DNA of 63,287 nt, the filler included, from Gonapodya sp. JEL0774 (taxonomy: Eukaryota), in assembly GCA_027604505.1 (NCBI GenBank). It is 34 parts of 34 records of this genome, joined end to end, with 100 filler letters (N's around TTAATTAATTAA, not from the genome) between each part and the next. Parts side by side here need not be neighbours in the genome. Positions count along the whole stretch, not along the records: positions 37,381 to 39,141 come from JADIIX010002645.1; positions 39,242 to 41,001 come from JADIIX010002646.1; positions 41,102 to 42,861 come from JADIIX010002647.1; positions 42,962 to 44,721 come from JADIIX010002648.1; positions 44,822 to 46,579 come from JADIIX010002649.1; positions 46,680 to 48,437 come from JADIIX010002650.1; positions 48,538 to 50,295 come from JADIIX010002651.1; 27 more parts are not named here. One strand, written 5' to 3'. A program made the translations under genes and the position numbers. The notes under the pieces are model-generated. The model was given only the letters and a program-made list of their open reading frames with translations, was not told where the DNA came from and did not search any database. Of this stretch, positions 37,381 through 48,981 are shown one piece after another; the first letter of the stretch is position 1; every line of letters starts with the position of its first letter.

Positions 37381-39141
37381 TTGACTTGTCCTCGAATTCC
37401 ACTGACAGTCCTCAACGCGGCTCCTTCGAATTTGGCCACTTCTAGGGCAGAGGTAAACATATCCTTCACAAATGCGGTATTCTTGAAAATCTTGTAGGGA
37501 ACACCTGGTCCCATCCGAACCGCATTGCATCAAAGAGATGGTGATAAGAGAACTACATCGCCCACTGACCGGTCAGTTTCAACTTCTTCACAATCTCGGT
37601 GCTGTGATTATTGTCGAGCACGACACCGGTCGCGCTGATTCGAAAATCCGACTGTAGGGAACAAGCGAGTTGAACACTTCCCTTAGAGGTTCGCAAGTGC
37701 GCAATTAACTTACGGTTGGGTCCGAAACGGAGCGGAAAGCACAGAACCCAGTGTTTGGGGCAACAAAGGGAGCATAAAACGTTGCGAGACAGTGCATGTG
37801 CTCGGGTGTGTATTTCAGAAGTCTATTGTGGGTACCGTCATTGATGGAGTACGTCGGAAGAGTTTGGAAGCGGCGCCATCCCATTGACAAAATAAGTGGG
37901 TCGTCTGTTTTGAGAATTCGTGGGGCCCAGCGATGCTTCTTGATTCGAACCTAATTGGGACGCCCAACGTGGTTCGGGTAAGTGTCTCTCATTGCAAACT
38001 CAACTCTGCCAGTAGCACACCTGCATTAAGCCGAAGGACTCCTCAGAAGGTAGCAATCCACCAAGAAGGACTGGGAAGCGAGGGTCGAAGTTTGCGAGAA
38101 ACTCATACGGGACATTGGACAACTTCATCCGTAGATATCTTCCCGCCCGATAACCTTCAACACGAGACCGCAAACCATCATTATCGCCCTGGAATTCGGA
38201 CAGGTTTAGTTTTCGTTGAGTCTCCATGGCATCCTTGGTGTATTCATAGAGGTTCAGATGGTCTCCTTCATCGTCACTGTCATTATCGTGAATTCGATCG
38301 AATTTCCTCTTAAGCTCTTCCTTCTTCCGTGCCCTTTCATTAATGGCGGCTTCTTCTAATGTTAAAGTCTTGCGTTCGTCGTCCGCTCCCAGTGCTTCTG
38401 CATCGTCAAGGTCCTCCATCTCCACGTCACTGTCATCACCACCTTGTCCAGGTTGTTCGGGTTCGTCGCCGGTAATAAAACGTGTCCTCAATTTAGTTTG
38501 GGCCTACAATTAAGTCAGTGATGACAATAGTACCTGTCGGTGAAGGACCGCTTTGGCAACTCACGTCTTCATCATCCCACAGAGTGAGCAGTTCCATTGC
38601 AGCCTCCAGCTTGCTCGAATCTACAACAGTAGCAACTCCAGGTATTGTCCGAGCTGAGGCCTTGACGGCGAAGAATCCGTCCACGCTCGCCTCAGCACCA
38701 CTTTTCGGCTCCCGCAAGCCTTCTTTGCCAGCCGCGAAAGAAGATTCTTCTTCCCCGTAGATAATACTTTGAAGATTACGACGGCGTGGGGCTTTTGCAG
38801 CAGCGGCCGCACGCGCGGCGAGATTCGCTTTCCACCGAGGCCCATCAACGGCTCCGTCCGGACCTGGTTCTCGGATGTATTCCTCCTCCATTTCAGAATC
38901 AGTGTCAGCGAATGCAAAATCCCCTTCAACCGAGTCATCGTTTGCATCACCGTTCATCTGCCAAGATTCGTCTAAGGGATCACCGGCCTCACTTCCCTCG
39001 TCAGGCTCGCCGCCCGAGCTACCGGAATCGCTCTCCCCAACCTCTGATCCAGCGTCTTCAGCATCCGACACATCATCGCGTTCCGACTCTTCCTCTTCAC
39101 CATTTCCTTGCTCCCTGTGTTTGAAAATCATACGCCGCCGG
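37381..39141 (-). CDS. BMS1: Ribosome biogenesis GTPase BMS1, C-terminal half
   Basis: [44 protein letters not shown] and [35 protein letters not shown]. Confidence 0.96.
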
Positions 39142-39241
39142 NNNNNNNNNNNNNNNNNNNNNNNNNNNNNNNNNNNNNNNNNNNNTTAATTAATTAANNN
39201 NNNNNNNNNNNNNNNNNNNNNNNNNNNNNNNNNNNNNNNNN

Positions 39242-40009
39242 TTGAAGGTACTCTGGTGTTGTGATTGATTCAACTGAATCCATTATGAAGTCCATTGGAA
39301 GGCCTTCGACCACGTTCACATCGTTGAAGGACACCATCTCAAATGCCCGGACCCTGTGAAGGATGACAAACTCCATCACCTCCCGCGCTAGTGCAATCGC
39401 TTGAGGACCTTGAAGCATATCGAAGCGCATCGAAACCTTTTGTACTACCAAAAGCGAGCGTTCTTTGAGGCACGCTAGTTCAGTTGCGTGAATTGGAAAG
39501 AAAAGTTCCACCATCCTTCCAGCAGACAGGATCTTAGACGGACGTACAAGGAGTTCGCTTTCAGAGGGTGCTACTCCCACCCAGATGGGCTCCCCACAAG
39601 CAGACCGTTGTGCCAAGAACATTGGCATAAACCGAGGAGTCCTATCGACACCCCGCTCGTCCGGTTCACAATACTGCATTACTGAGGATCTCGTATCACT
39701 CGAACCAACACTACTGGATTCTAGAAGCTGTTCATGTTCGCTTGAGCGTCCTATGCCCGACTCCCCATCATCCCTGTACTCTTCGTCTTCTTCCATGATA
39801 TACGCTTGGTCTGATTCAGTCGAATATAGTCCACTGTCGGTGAAAACGACCGAAATCATAATGCCGATCGCGTTTCCGGGACATCCTGGAATTGCGCCTT
39901 GGCTGGCGCGGTTGAATTCACGAGAAACAAGCGGGAGGACGGTGTAGAAAGTACGGGGAGGAAGGCAGCGGAAGATTTGTTGGACGACTTCAAGTGGCAG
40001 ATTATTCAT
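39242..40009 (-). CDS. F-box protein, N-terminal part
   Basis: MNNLPLEVVQQIFRCLP...LPLVSREF F-box consensus. Confidence 0.8.
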
Positions 40010-40645
40010 TCCAACTGGTGGTTTCGAATGCGGAAATGGGAAGTGGCAGGTGATGTTTCAAACTTGACAACGTGCCCTGTACAGATTACTATGTAGTCTA
40101 TCTGCCCTGCCGGGGCTTCATTTGGTCAACTGTAACGCAATATAATGAGGTTTGTAGAAGAAAACTAAAACAGGCAGACACGTATGATGGTATGAGATAG
40201 ACAAATAATGTCTTATACCTGAAGCATCTTGTCGGAGTTTTGTTCAAACAGGATCATGTTTGCAGTACGGCATCACTACGACAATTGTTTGAATATTTTC
40301 GATCCTCTTTTGAGGTTGTCTCTTCGTTTTCCTCTTTGATGAGAGGGTTGGTGTGGGGAGAAGGCAAGGCTGAGGCTGAAAGCCTGGATCCTCACTTGTT
40401 CCACAATCAAGAAAGAGGAAATCTTAGCGTAAGAGGCGGAAGTGGGATCGCACAAAATCCACGAAGGAGTCAAAGGTAGGCATGTTTCTCGCATTGGTAT
40501 TCCTGCTGGGCGCTCGTTCTGACGGCGCATGCTGAAACATGCATCATGGGCAGTACTTGGCCGTTCCTCCAACATACGCTCGATTCCCTGAGATAGACGC
40601 TAAGCTCGGCTCTGCTGAGACCAGGACTCTCGGTTTCTCTGTTGT

Positions 40646-41001
40646 ATGGCGCCTCTTGACATGTCGGTGAGACCGCCGTCTGGTGGAGGAATGCTTTCTG
40701 GGAACGCGGAGCCAGACGGTCCCACGATAGTCACTCACGCCCGAAGTCCTTCGGCGGGATCGACTTTCTCCTTCACGTACACGGTCCGGAGCGTAGCTGC
40801 GAGTGACACAGGGAAACGAAAGGGCTTGTTCGGAGGGATGGGAACCGTCAAGGGGGCACTCACCAAGGCTACTAGTGGCAGTGGCGGCGGCGGCGGTGCC
40901 GGTGGGGTTCTTGGTTCTATTCCAGAGTCCAACTCGGGCGACACCCGGAAGGGGCTTGGGAGCTTGTTGGGCATGTTTGGTGGCGGACGATCCACAGTAA
41001 A
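40646..41001 (+). CDS. Gly/Ser-rich hypothetical protein fragment
   Basis: Frame open to the contig end; no motif; strand uncertain. Confidence 0.3.
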
Positions 41002-41101
41002 NNNNNNNNNNNNNNNNNNNNNNNNNNNNNNNNNNNNNNNNNNNNTTAATTAATTAANNNNNNNNNNNNNNNNNNNNNNNNNNNNNNNNNNNNNNNNNNN
41101 N

Positions 41102-42118
41102 ATGCGCATTTTGCAGCAACGGATGTACAACCTGAGGCGACTGAAGATGATCCCCTCATTCGTACATTGGAGGACAATCCTCGCAAAGCTGATTCAAACG
41201 ATGCTCTACTTTTGTCAGATCTTGGAACTCTGCATTGCTACAAAAGTATGGGAGCAATTGAAACGTACCTTGTGTGGCTGATTCATGGTGGCACAGTAGG
41301 CGTTGCGCTCCTCTACATCAACAATATCGGCGCAATTCTCCTGTCTTTACAACCTTCACCAGTCGACCAGTCAAATGCGGATCTCCAGCGATTGCAGAGC
41401 CTCCACGTATCGATTATTTCAATTTTCAACTTCGCTGGTCGCATCTTGGTGGGGTTCTTGGTCGATTTATTGACATCTGGTGGACTGTTGCCAATTACAG
41501 ACCTCTTAGGCGGGTTACGCTGTCTTCCCGAAACTCTCGCCATCTTTTCTACAGGAACCATGCTGATGGGCCACATCCTGGTCTGGTTAGTGGGGAGAAA
41601 CGGAGGCAGTTCTGGCGCCGCAACATTGTGGGCTAGCTCTGTGTTGATCGGCCTCGCAAATGGTTCTGTCCATGTCACGAGTCCTCTTGTGATCGCAAAG
41701 TTTTGGGGTAAAGAGAACTTTGGCACCAATGTGTGAGTGACTCGGCTGTAACTTTGTCGCAATGGAGCAAGGCTGGCTCACCAATTTACTGAACATACAA
41801 TTCAGAGCATTCATTTATACTTCTATCACGATCGGTGGTCAGCTTCTTAACCTGGCTTTCGGGCTTATCCTTGACTCAAATCGCCCTATTGCTCATGGCC
41901 AAGTGATCGTTCGAGCTCCAGAATTAACAACGGACCCCATCTGCCGTGGCTGGCAGTGCACTCATGATGCTTTCACTCTTTCTATTTTGGTTTCTGCAAT
42001 GACTTGCTGCTTGGCGGTGTGGACAAGGTTCAGGAGTAGATCCAGAGCAATGAAGCGCAGATCGAGATACCGGACAGTTACTGTAGCACCGGAAGGCTCT
42101 CCCGCAAATGAGGATTGA
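41102..42118 (+). CDS. MFS transporter, Mch1/nodulin-like, C-terminal half
   Basis: YINNIGAI, VSIISIFNFAGRIL.G...D, FWGKENFGTN and CRGWQC..AF motifs. Confidence 0.85.
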
Positions 42119-42266
42119 ATAGATCAAGCACTTTCAACGAACTTACATCCATGGAATATTGCATTCTTAAATTTGAGGAAATGTAGCCTCCTACAGACTA
42201 TAGACCCTGCACTATAGATACTGATAGTGATAGATATCCAAACGATGTAAAATATGTGCCATTGAT

Positions 42267-42764
42267 CTATTTTCGGCTGTTGTTCGGGATTGTTTGAGTC
42301 TTGATCTTGCTATTCTTCACTGCCAAAGTTGAGTTCCAATCTCCAAGTCGGGATTCTGCGGACCGCACATCCAACCTCGAAAGAGAGCTCTTTACGCTTG
42401 CAGGTACCGAGTAGTCTGCAAGTCCAAAAGTGCTTGCATCGGGGTGACTGTCGCCAGATCTCTCCGTACGTATGATTGGTCCCCGAGAAGAGCTGGGAAC
42501 CCGACCAAGCTCAAGTTGGTGAAGAAGGCTCTCGTCAGCACGGCGTTGAGTGCTGAGAATCAAATCGAGTTGCTGCTGAAACTGTGATCTGGCGGGAAGG
42601 CCATTCTTTGCTTTGGCTCTGCGACTGACGCCGGAAAGAGCGAGGAGATCGCGTGGATCCCTGGGGGTTGCCAAAGACGAGTGGAATTGGGCATTCCATA
42701 GCTCGGGTTTGACATACCAGTGGCTGTAGCTTGCCTGCGGAGGATATAAAATAGATTTATTCAT
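42267..42764 (-). CDS. Hypothetical protein, last exon
   Basis: Open frame convergent with the MFS gene; not recognised. Confidence 0.35.
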   Translation of the reverse strand: MNKSILYPPQASYSHWYVKPELWNAQFHSSLATPRDPRDLLALSGVSRRAKAKNGLPARSQFQQQLDLILSTQRRADESLLHQLELGRVPSSSRGPIIRTERSGDSHPDASTFGLADYSVPASVKSSLSRLDVRSAESRLGDWNSTLAVKNSKIKTQTIPNNSRK

Positions 42765-43189
42765 GAGATGCTTCTATGAGTCTCCGCCGTTCCCAAAGTA
42801 CACCTTCATACCTTTGCTAGCTCAGCTCGAGACGGGAAACGCGGCGTTGGAGCTCTATGCGNNNNNNNNNNNNNNNNNNNNNNNNNNNNNNNNNNNNNNN
42901 NNNNNTTAATTAATTAANNNNNNNNNNNNNNNNNNNNNNNNNNNNNNNNNNNNNNNNNNNNTTACCCACTTCAACTCTTTTCTCGACTGCACCACCTCAG
43001 TAAGCGTAGGCCTTGCACAGAGGTACGTCGCCGGTCAACCAATTGACCGTGTGACATTCCAGTTGTCGGAACCGGAGCCAACCTCCGTTCAACCGTACAA
43101 CTTTCCGCCTCTGTCTGTCTATCACCGTGCGCAGCTCAACATTGCCGCGCTGAACGCTGGCATCACCATCACCAGCCGCATCACAACAC

Positions 43190-44721
43190 TTGCGCCGGAG
43201 TCTGCGATTGACGTCGACGCCCAAGTCGTCCACCAGTCGGCAACCGGACCAACTCCGAGTGCACCGACGCAAACAGCACCAACCCCCTCCTCAAACCTCA
43301 ACCGCAACAATGAACAGCGGCGAGCAGGACGTAAACGCAACCGGGACCCAGCAGATGCCACAAACCAGCGTGGCCCCCGACTTGGCGATTCCTACCGTCC
43401 CCCACCAAACAAGCACCCCCGCCGGAGCCCATCTTCCGACAGGCATCACCGCCGCCCCCACTCTCGCAGCCGCGATGAACGTCGGCGCAGGTCCCGTAGC
43501 GTCAGTAGCCATGAGTGATGTAAACCAAAATACATCGGGTACCACATACGGTAGTGCAGCCACTGGGCCAACCCCAATGCTTACAACTAGTCCACTACCC
43601 GCGCTCGCAGGCACCCAAGTGCGTCCTCCCCAAATACCACAAATCACAGTTCCCCCCATTCCCCTGTTTGCGGGCCAACCCGCTGCAGTGGTTCCTCAAG
43701 TTACGTTGGCAGCCAACCTGCCACCACCCCCATTCCCATCTATTCTTACACCCCTGCACGTTCCTGGCTACCAACAGCCACCCCCAATTTCACCACCTAC
43801 TGCTATGCAAATTCCCGGTGCTGCCCCACCTACACAATATGGGTACCAACCCCAATTCCCTCAGCACATTGTCCTTGGCGATCGCTTGAAATACCGAGTG
43901 CTGGCTGATGGTGAACCAATCACCGCATGGCTACAGCACGCAGATGCCATCTACCGTGCAAACGGCGAAATCCCCAGCACCGCCGCCCTTCGTGCCACCG
44001 AAGCTCTCCGTAACTCAGGGCTTCGAGGACAACAAATTGCCGCTGCTGTCGACCGTGTTGCAGCCAACCTCGCAACCTGGGACGCGTTCCGTCAAGCAGT
44101 AACCGAAGCTGCCGGTGACGACCAACAGGCACGCTCACTTGCCTGGTCCAAAATAGAAGGATTCCGAGCCTCCATTGACCGTGGAGCGCAAACCATCATT
44201 AACGAGTTCCGACAACTCGTTAACGACCTCCGCTCAGTCGACCGCACAATTGACTGGGAGCTCCAAACCGGTGGACCTGACAGTACAATCAACCGTACTT
44301 TGTACCGCTTCTGGCGTCGACCAACCGACACCACCAGCGCCAGCTCCAGCAATTGTGCCCAACCAAGTGTGCTGCAATTGCTTCGAGCGTGGACATTGGG
44401 AGCGCTCATGCGCCAAAGCTCCCCTTGCTGTACAACCCAACGTACGCCTGTTTGTCCGTTACTTCAATGATCTTCCACCAGGGTTCTTCCCTAGCACCAA
44501 TTACATCCTTCCAGAACACGCTCGCATCGCCGTCGAGGCTGACGCCCGACGACGTGCAGCGCAACCCCCTCCCCAGCGTTTTAATCGTTCTAACACACAA
44601 AGGGGGAGAGGAGGATATGCCATGAGAGGGCGTCAACACCTCCTAAATATGGCAATTGACGAAACCCTTCCAAACCAAGAGGAATTGGGTGACTATTGGT
44701 CACAGGAGGACCAGTACGAAT
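43190..44721 (+). mobile_element. gag: Ty3/gypsy-like gag, frameshifted before the CCHC knuckle
   Basis: Capsid-like ITAWL..AD..Y / TWDAFRQAV / INEFRQLV, then CCNCFERGHWERSC and RGRGG in the +1 frame. Confidence 0.65.
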
Positions 44722-44821
44722 NNNNNNNNNNNNNNNNNNNNNNNNNNNNNNNNNNNNNNNNNNNNTTAATTAATTAANNNNNNNNNNNNNNNNNNNNNNN
44801 NNNNNNNNNNNNNNNNNNNNN

Positions 44822-46114
44822 TAGGGGGGGGTGACCCCCCGTGACTTTGCGCAGTGGGGCCGGAGGGGAGGGGAGGGTGCCCCGCGCAGCGGCCGCTTGT
44901 AGCGATGCTGCGCCACAGTGCCGCAAAGACGAACGATCGCGGAAAGTGCCTCTCTTCCACTCACCCGATGGCACAGTTCGGTCCACAAATTTGGACTTTG
45001 CACTCAAGTACTCGAAAGTGTCCTCTGTATTCTCCTCCTCTTGTACATCGCCGTCTATGTCATATCCATCCTCATAATCTTCTTCTGCAAAGTACACCCT
45101 TGCGTAGAAACCGCCACGTCCACCAAGTCCACCACCTCTGTTCTGACCTCTACCCTTTCCAACACCAACTCCTCTCCGCGCTCCTCCACCCTGGTTCATT
45201 CCACCTCCACGATAGCCACCACGGTTCCCAGTACCTCTCTGGTTGTCTGGTACTCCGCGGCCACCACCATATCCACCTTCGCCGCCAAACCTTCCCCAAC
45301 TGTCACCACGAAAACTTCCAAACCTCGCCTGAATATCGCTTGCCCACTCCGCGGGTGTGGCGCAGTCACGACCAAAGTGTCCGTATCCTTGGCAACGGTT
45401 GCACTTGTCGAATTTCTGAGCGACTCGTCGAAACCCATCCGGAACTGCCTTTCCACGCTCCACGGCATTCACTTCATGACCCTCGAGTCGACCCTGAATC
45501 TCAGCGTTCCGAAGCGCATTGGTAATGTCAGCGACGGTTGCAGGGGTGGAATCGGGGGAAAGTGTGAATCGATCGTAGATGTAGGCAGACCTGTGCTTTG
45601 CACCCTCCAAAAAAATCCTTTGCTCGTCTGACAGTGATAAAGATCCGCCGGTTGCTTTGTACTCGTTCTTGAGTTTGCTGAAAGTTGCGAGATAGTCCGT
45701 CACAGACCCATCCATCCGCACATCCTCAAGTGCCCGCCTCTTAATGAACTCCTCTGCCTTCCGATTTCCATGATATGTCGCTCGGAGTTGTTCCCAGAGT
45801 TCTGCTGACGTGTTGCAATCTTCGACCGTCAGGAAAAGATCCTCAGCAATGATCGAAATCAAAGCTGCTTTCAATCCCCGATCGGCATCATCCCATTCCT
45901 CCTGTTTCGCTTCGATTTCCGCTTTTTCGTCCCTACTTGCTATTGCTGGTGGGTCTTCTGGACGTTTCGTGACCCCAATGGCCATGTTCCACGCCCCCGG
46001 GATCGCCTGCATCTGGACCCTCGCACTCCCCATCCATACCAGGTAATTGTCCATTCCAGTGAGCTTCCTCGTCACTCTTTTAGCCAATGCATCGTACTTT
46101 CGTGTGTCGCTCAT
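44822..46114 (-). mobile_element. gag: Ty1/copia gag (element B), truncated
   Basis: KLTG.DNY.VW, ELWEQL..TY, GSVTDYLA.F, CNRCQGYGHFGRDC and an RGG tract. Confidence 0.9.
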
Positions 46115-46209
46115 GGTTGATTTGACGTGGCGTGAATGGGAGTCCCCGATTCAGTGTCCAAATCCGTCGAAATTTCCACCAGTTTCAATCTGTTTCCACC
46201 TTCAGAGCT

Positions 46210-46223
46210 CCGGGCTCATAACC
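46210..46223 (-). promoter_or_regulatory. Primer-binding site (tRNA-iMet half type) of copia element B
   Basis: Minus strand GGTTATGAGCCCGG, identical to the PBS at 11622. Confidence 0.85.
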
Positions 46224-46503
46224 TAATGAGCGTTCGTGGGTTTAGGGGCGGTTGCGACGTATCAATCTTATTATCAATCGCTCTGTCACTGTGCACTACT
46301 GTGGTCACTACTACTGTACTCTCGGCCCACACTCCAAGTCCAATTGCTCCCTACATAACTCCACAACCAGGAACGCTAGAGAGATCGTTCAAGTACCAAA
46401 ACGCATCTACTCTTCAAGGCGGTTTCAATGCGCCTAGTGGCGTCCTTAAATCACTGTCCGTTGTTGAGCTATTTGACATCCAAACTCCACCCATACTTCA
46501 ATA
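46224..46503 (-). mobile_element. Probable 5' LTR (280 bp) of copia element B, with TA...TA ends
   Basis: Starts TATTGAAGTATGGGTG (element A: TGTTGAGATATGGGTG) and ends CGCTCATTA (A: CGCTCAACA), abutting the PBS. Confidence 0.7.
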
Positions 46504-46679
46504 CTGACAGATCATCAATTTGATCCACCAGCTTATATCAATGTTGCTGATAATCATGAATGGATATTACTACAGACCCNNNNNNNNNNNNNNNNNNNNN
46601 NNNNNNNNNNNNNNNNNNNNNNNTTAATTAATTAANNNNNNNNNNNNNNNNNNNNNNNNNNNNNNNNNNNNNNNNNNNN

Positions 46680-47770
46680 AAACTGTAAACAGTACCTCCA
46701 AAGTATACCTTGTTCGAGATTCAAGTGCAAGATATTTTTTGTACAGTCCCTGAGTAGTGGCCTTCAGTAGAAGATTGGGAAGCGGTGGTTAACAATGAGT
46801 GCGAAGTGAATTGATAGTGCATTCTCACAGTGGAGCTCAGTAGGTCATGATAACTGCCAAGACCGAATAATTTTGATACTTTTGATGGATCTTGCAGGTG
46901 TATTGTAAGCCGCAAAGCACAAGAGTAACCCATGAATAGGGCTTCGATGGCAGTGTGCAAAGAATGGTTCTTCCTCGAAAAAGAACTCCCGCTTGCTGGT
47001 GTGTGAACAGAGTGGGATTTCTCAATAACCAAGCACGGATGTGGATCAACTTGTAAAAGAAGTCGCATTATTCTAGTGTCAATGGAGTGTGCAAGAGCCG
47101 CAATGTCCTTCTCGCCATCAGTAACCAAACGCAAACACTCGGAGAAAACTATAGTTGGTTGATCTGAGGACGATGTTGGTAGGCGCACCATCACCACAGC
47201 ACAGTTTGATAGACCAGGATCAACAAGTATAAGGTGTTTTGAAGACAAAACTTCTGAATAGAAGAGCATTGCCTTGTCAAAAGCAAGCTGAAGTGATTCC
47301 AGACGACCAGATGCCGGAGAGTTTGTTTTCTGAGAAGTCCATCCCAGCTTTGACAAATTAGACTGTAGAGCCACTGCTGGTGAGGAGTTAATTCTGCTGC
47401 TTTGGCTCTGGATTTTGACTGCAGGTCACCAGACACGCCGCGTCATAGAATAAAATGTCAGATACAACACGTTCGCAAATGAATATCACTATCAAACCTT
47501 CTTTCAAAAGTGCAATAGAGCCAGAGCTATCCGATGAAGTAATTGTACTCTCTTCCTCTGCATCTACAATGATCACATCTGGAGTTCCTGCATCCTCCAA
47601 CCGTTCCAATCCAGTATGGCCTGTTACTCAAATATGTGAGCAATTTGACAACAGAACAAAGAGTGCATGAATGGATGGCTGCTATAGCTACCTGCGTGAT
47701 CATCATCGTCGCTGTCATCCACAAGGAAAGAGCTGTCGGGGCATTTAAAGACCTTGTAAGAATCGCTCAT
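46680..47770 (-). CDS. Intron-containing RuvC-fold (Holliday-junction resolvase, A22/Ydc2-like) nuclease, 3'-truncated
   Basis: LILVDPGLSNCAV, CLVIEKS, AIEALF, DPSKV and LYKK; frame-consistent exons 47770-47692, 47620-47498, 47418-46829 and, tentatively, one starting at 46761. Confidence 0.65.
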
Positions 47771-48649
47771 GTCCTTCCACCAGAAGTTTTGAGAACTTTG
47801 AGGGAAAATTTCAATCAGTATGCTATTTGAAGCTCATTCACTCTCAGATCAGTAGATTGAAGCTCACCAGGTACCATCCGATCTGATCTGATCATCGCAT
47901 GTGATCACTCACCCCCTGACGAATCGAATGCGAACAGAATATCAATGTAATCTTAATTGCCATTTCGAACAAAGCGAACAAGCTTTTGAAGCTCAAATCG
48001 AATTTCGAATAATGAAAATGCTATTCGACTCAAATAGTAATGAACTTGTACAATTAATCACGAATAATTCGAATACTTAGCAAAAACTTGGCTACGCTAC
48101 TCCTCATCACTTTCCACTTCCTCAGCTTCATTATGTGAGTTGTGTTCCCACTCTGCTCCATCCATACTCCTCTTCTTTGGGCAGGAATACTCATTCCACG
48201 ACGCTGTGACTGCCCCACTCCACTGAGATCCACTGGCAGCATTCCACAGCTAAAAGTAGCACCCCCTCCTCCCCACCATGACTGCGCCTGTCTCAGGCAA
48301 GGACGTGGGGCGGGCGTACCGGTGGGAGTTCCGGGGACGATGGAGAAGTGCGCCTGAGACAGAGTCAGAGGGGGAGCGGGAGCAGTGGAGGGACATGGTG
48401 GAGGCGGAAGTGGGTTGGGGAGTTTGGCCAAGGGAGANNNNNNNNNNNNNNNNNNNNNNNNNNNNNNNNNNNNNNNNNNNNTTAATTAATTAANNNNNNN
48501 NNNNNNNNNNNNNNNNNNNNNNNNNNNNNNNNNNNNNGTCGCCAAAGCCGTTCTCCCTGACAACCCCCCTAGCACCAACCCCCGTCTCGAATTCCTCGCC
48601 GGAGATTTCCACCGCCCCTTTCACCCGAAACTTTGTGGCGACAACATAG

Positions 48650-48981
48650 TTTTCTTTTTGAAACACGTCCTCCATGACCATTCTGATGCCGGGGCCGTAA
48701 GGGTTCTACACAACATCCGTCACGCTCTGACGTATTCGACCTCCACCTCCACCGCTGCTACAGCTACTACACCCACACTACTCATCGTTGACGCCATTGT
48801 GGACCCTCTTAACCCGGGAATCAATGTATCCCAGGTTGACTTATGGACAATGGCACAGTTTGGCGGAAAAGAACGGACGCGGCAGCAGTGGGAGGCTTTG
48901 CTGGATAAGGGAGGGTTTAAAGTGGAAGACGTGAAAGACGTTGGAGCCATGGCGGGGTTGGTGGTGGCAAGGTTGAAATGA
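48650..48981 (+). CDS. O-methyltransferase (COMT/Methyltransf_2 type), last exon
   Basis: LKHVLHD.SD...VLHNI, LLIVDAIV and DL.TMA.FGGKERT..QW..LL..GGF. Confidence 0.9.

Noticed and set aside
46721..47374. Fanzor/TnpB RNA-guided nuclease
   Set aside because: DPG-to-E spacing is only about 60 aa, with no bridge helix, REC/WED region or Zn finger visible; fits a compact resolvase better.
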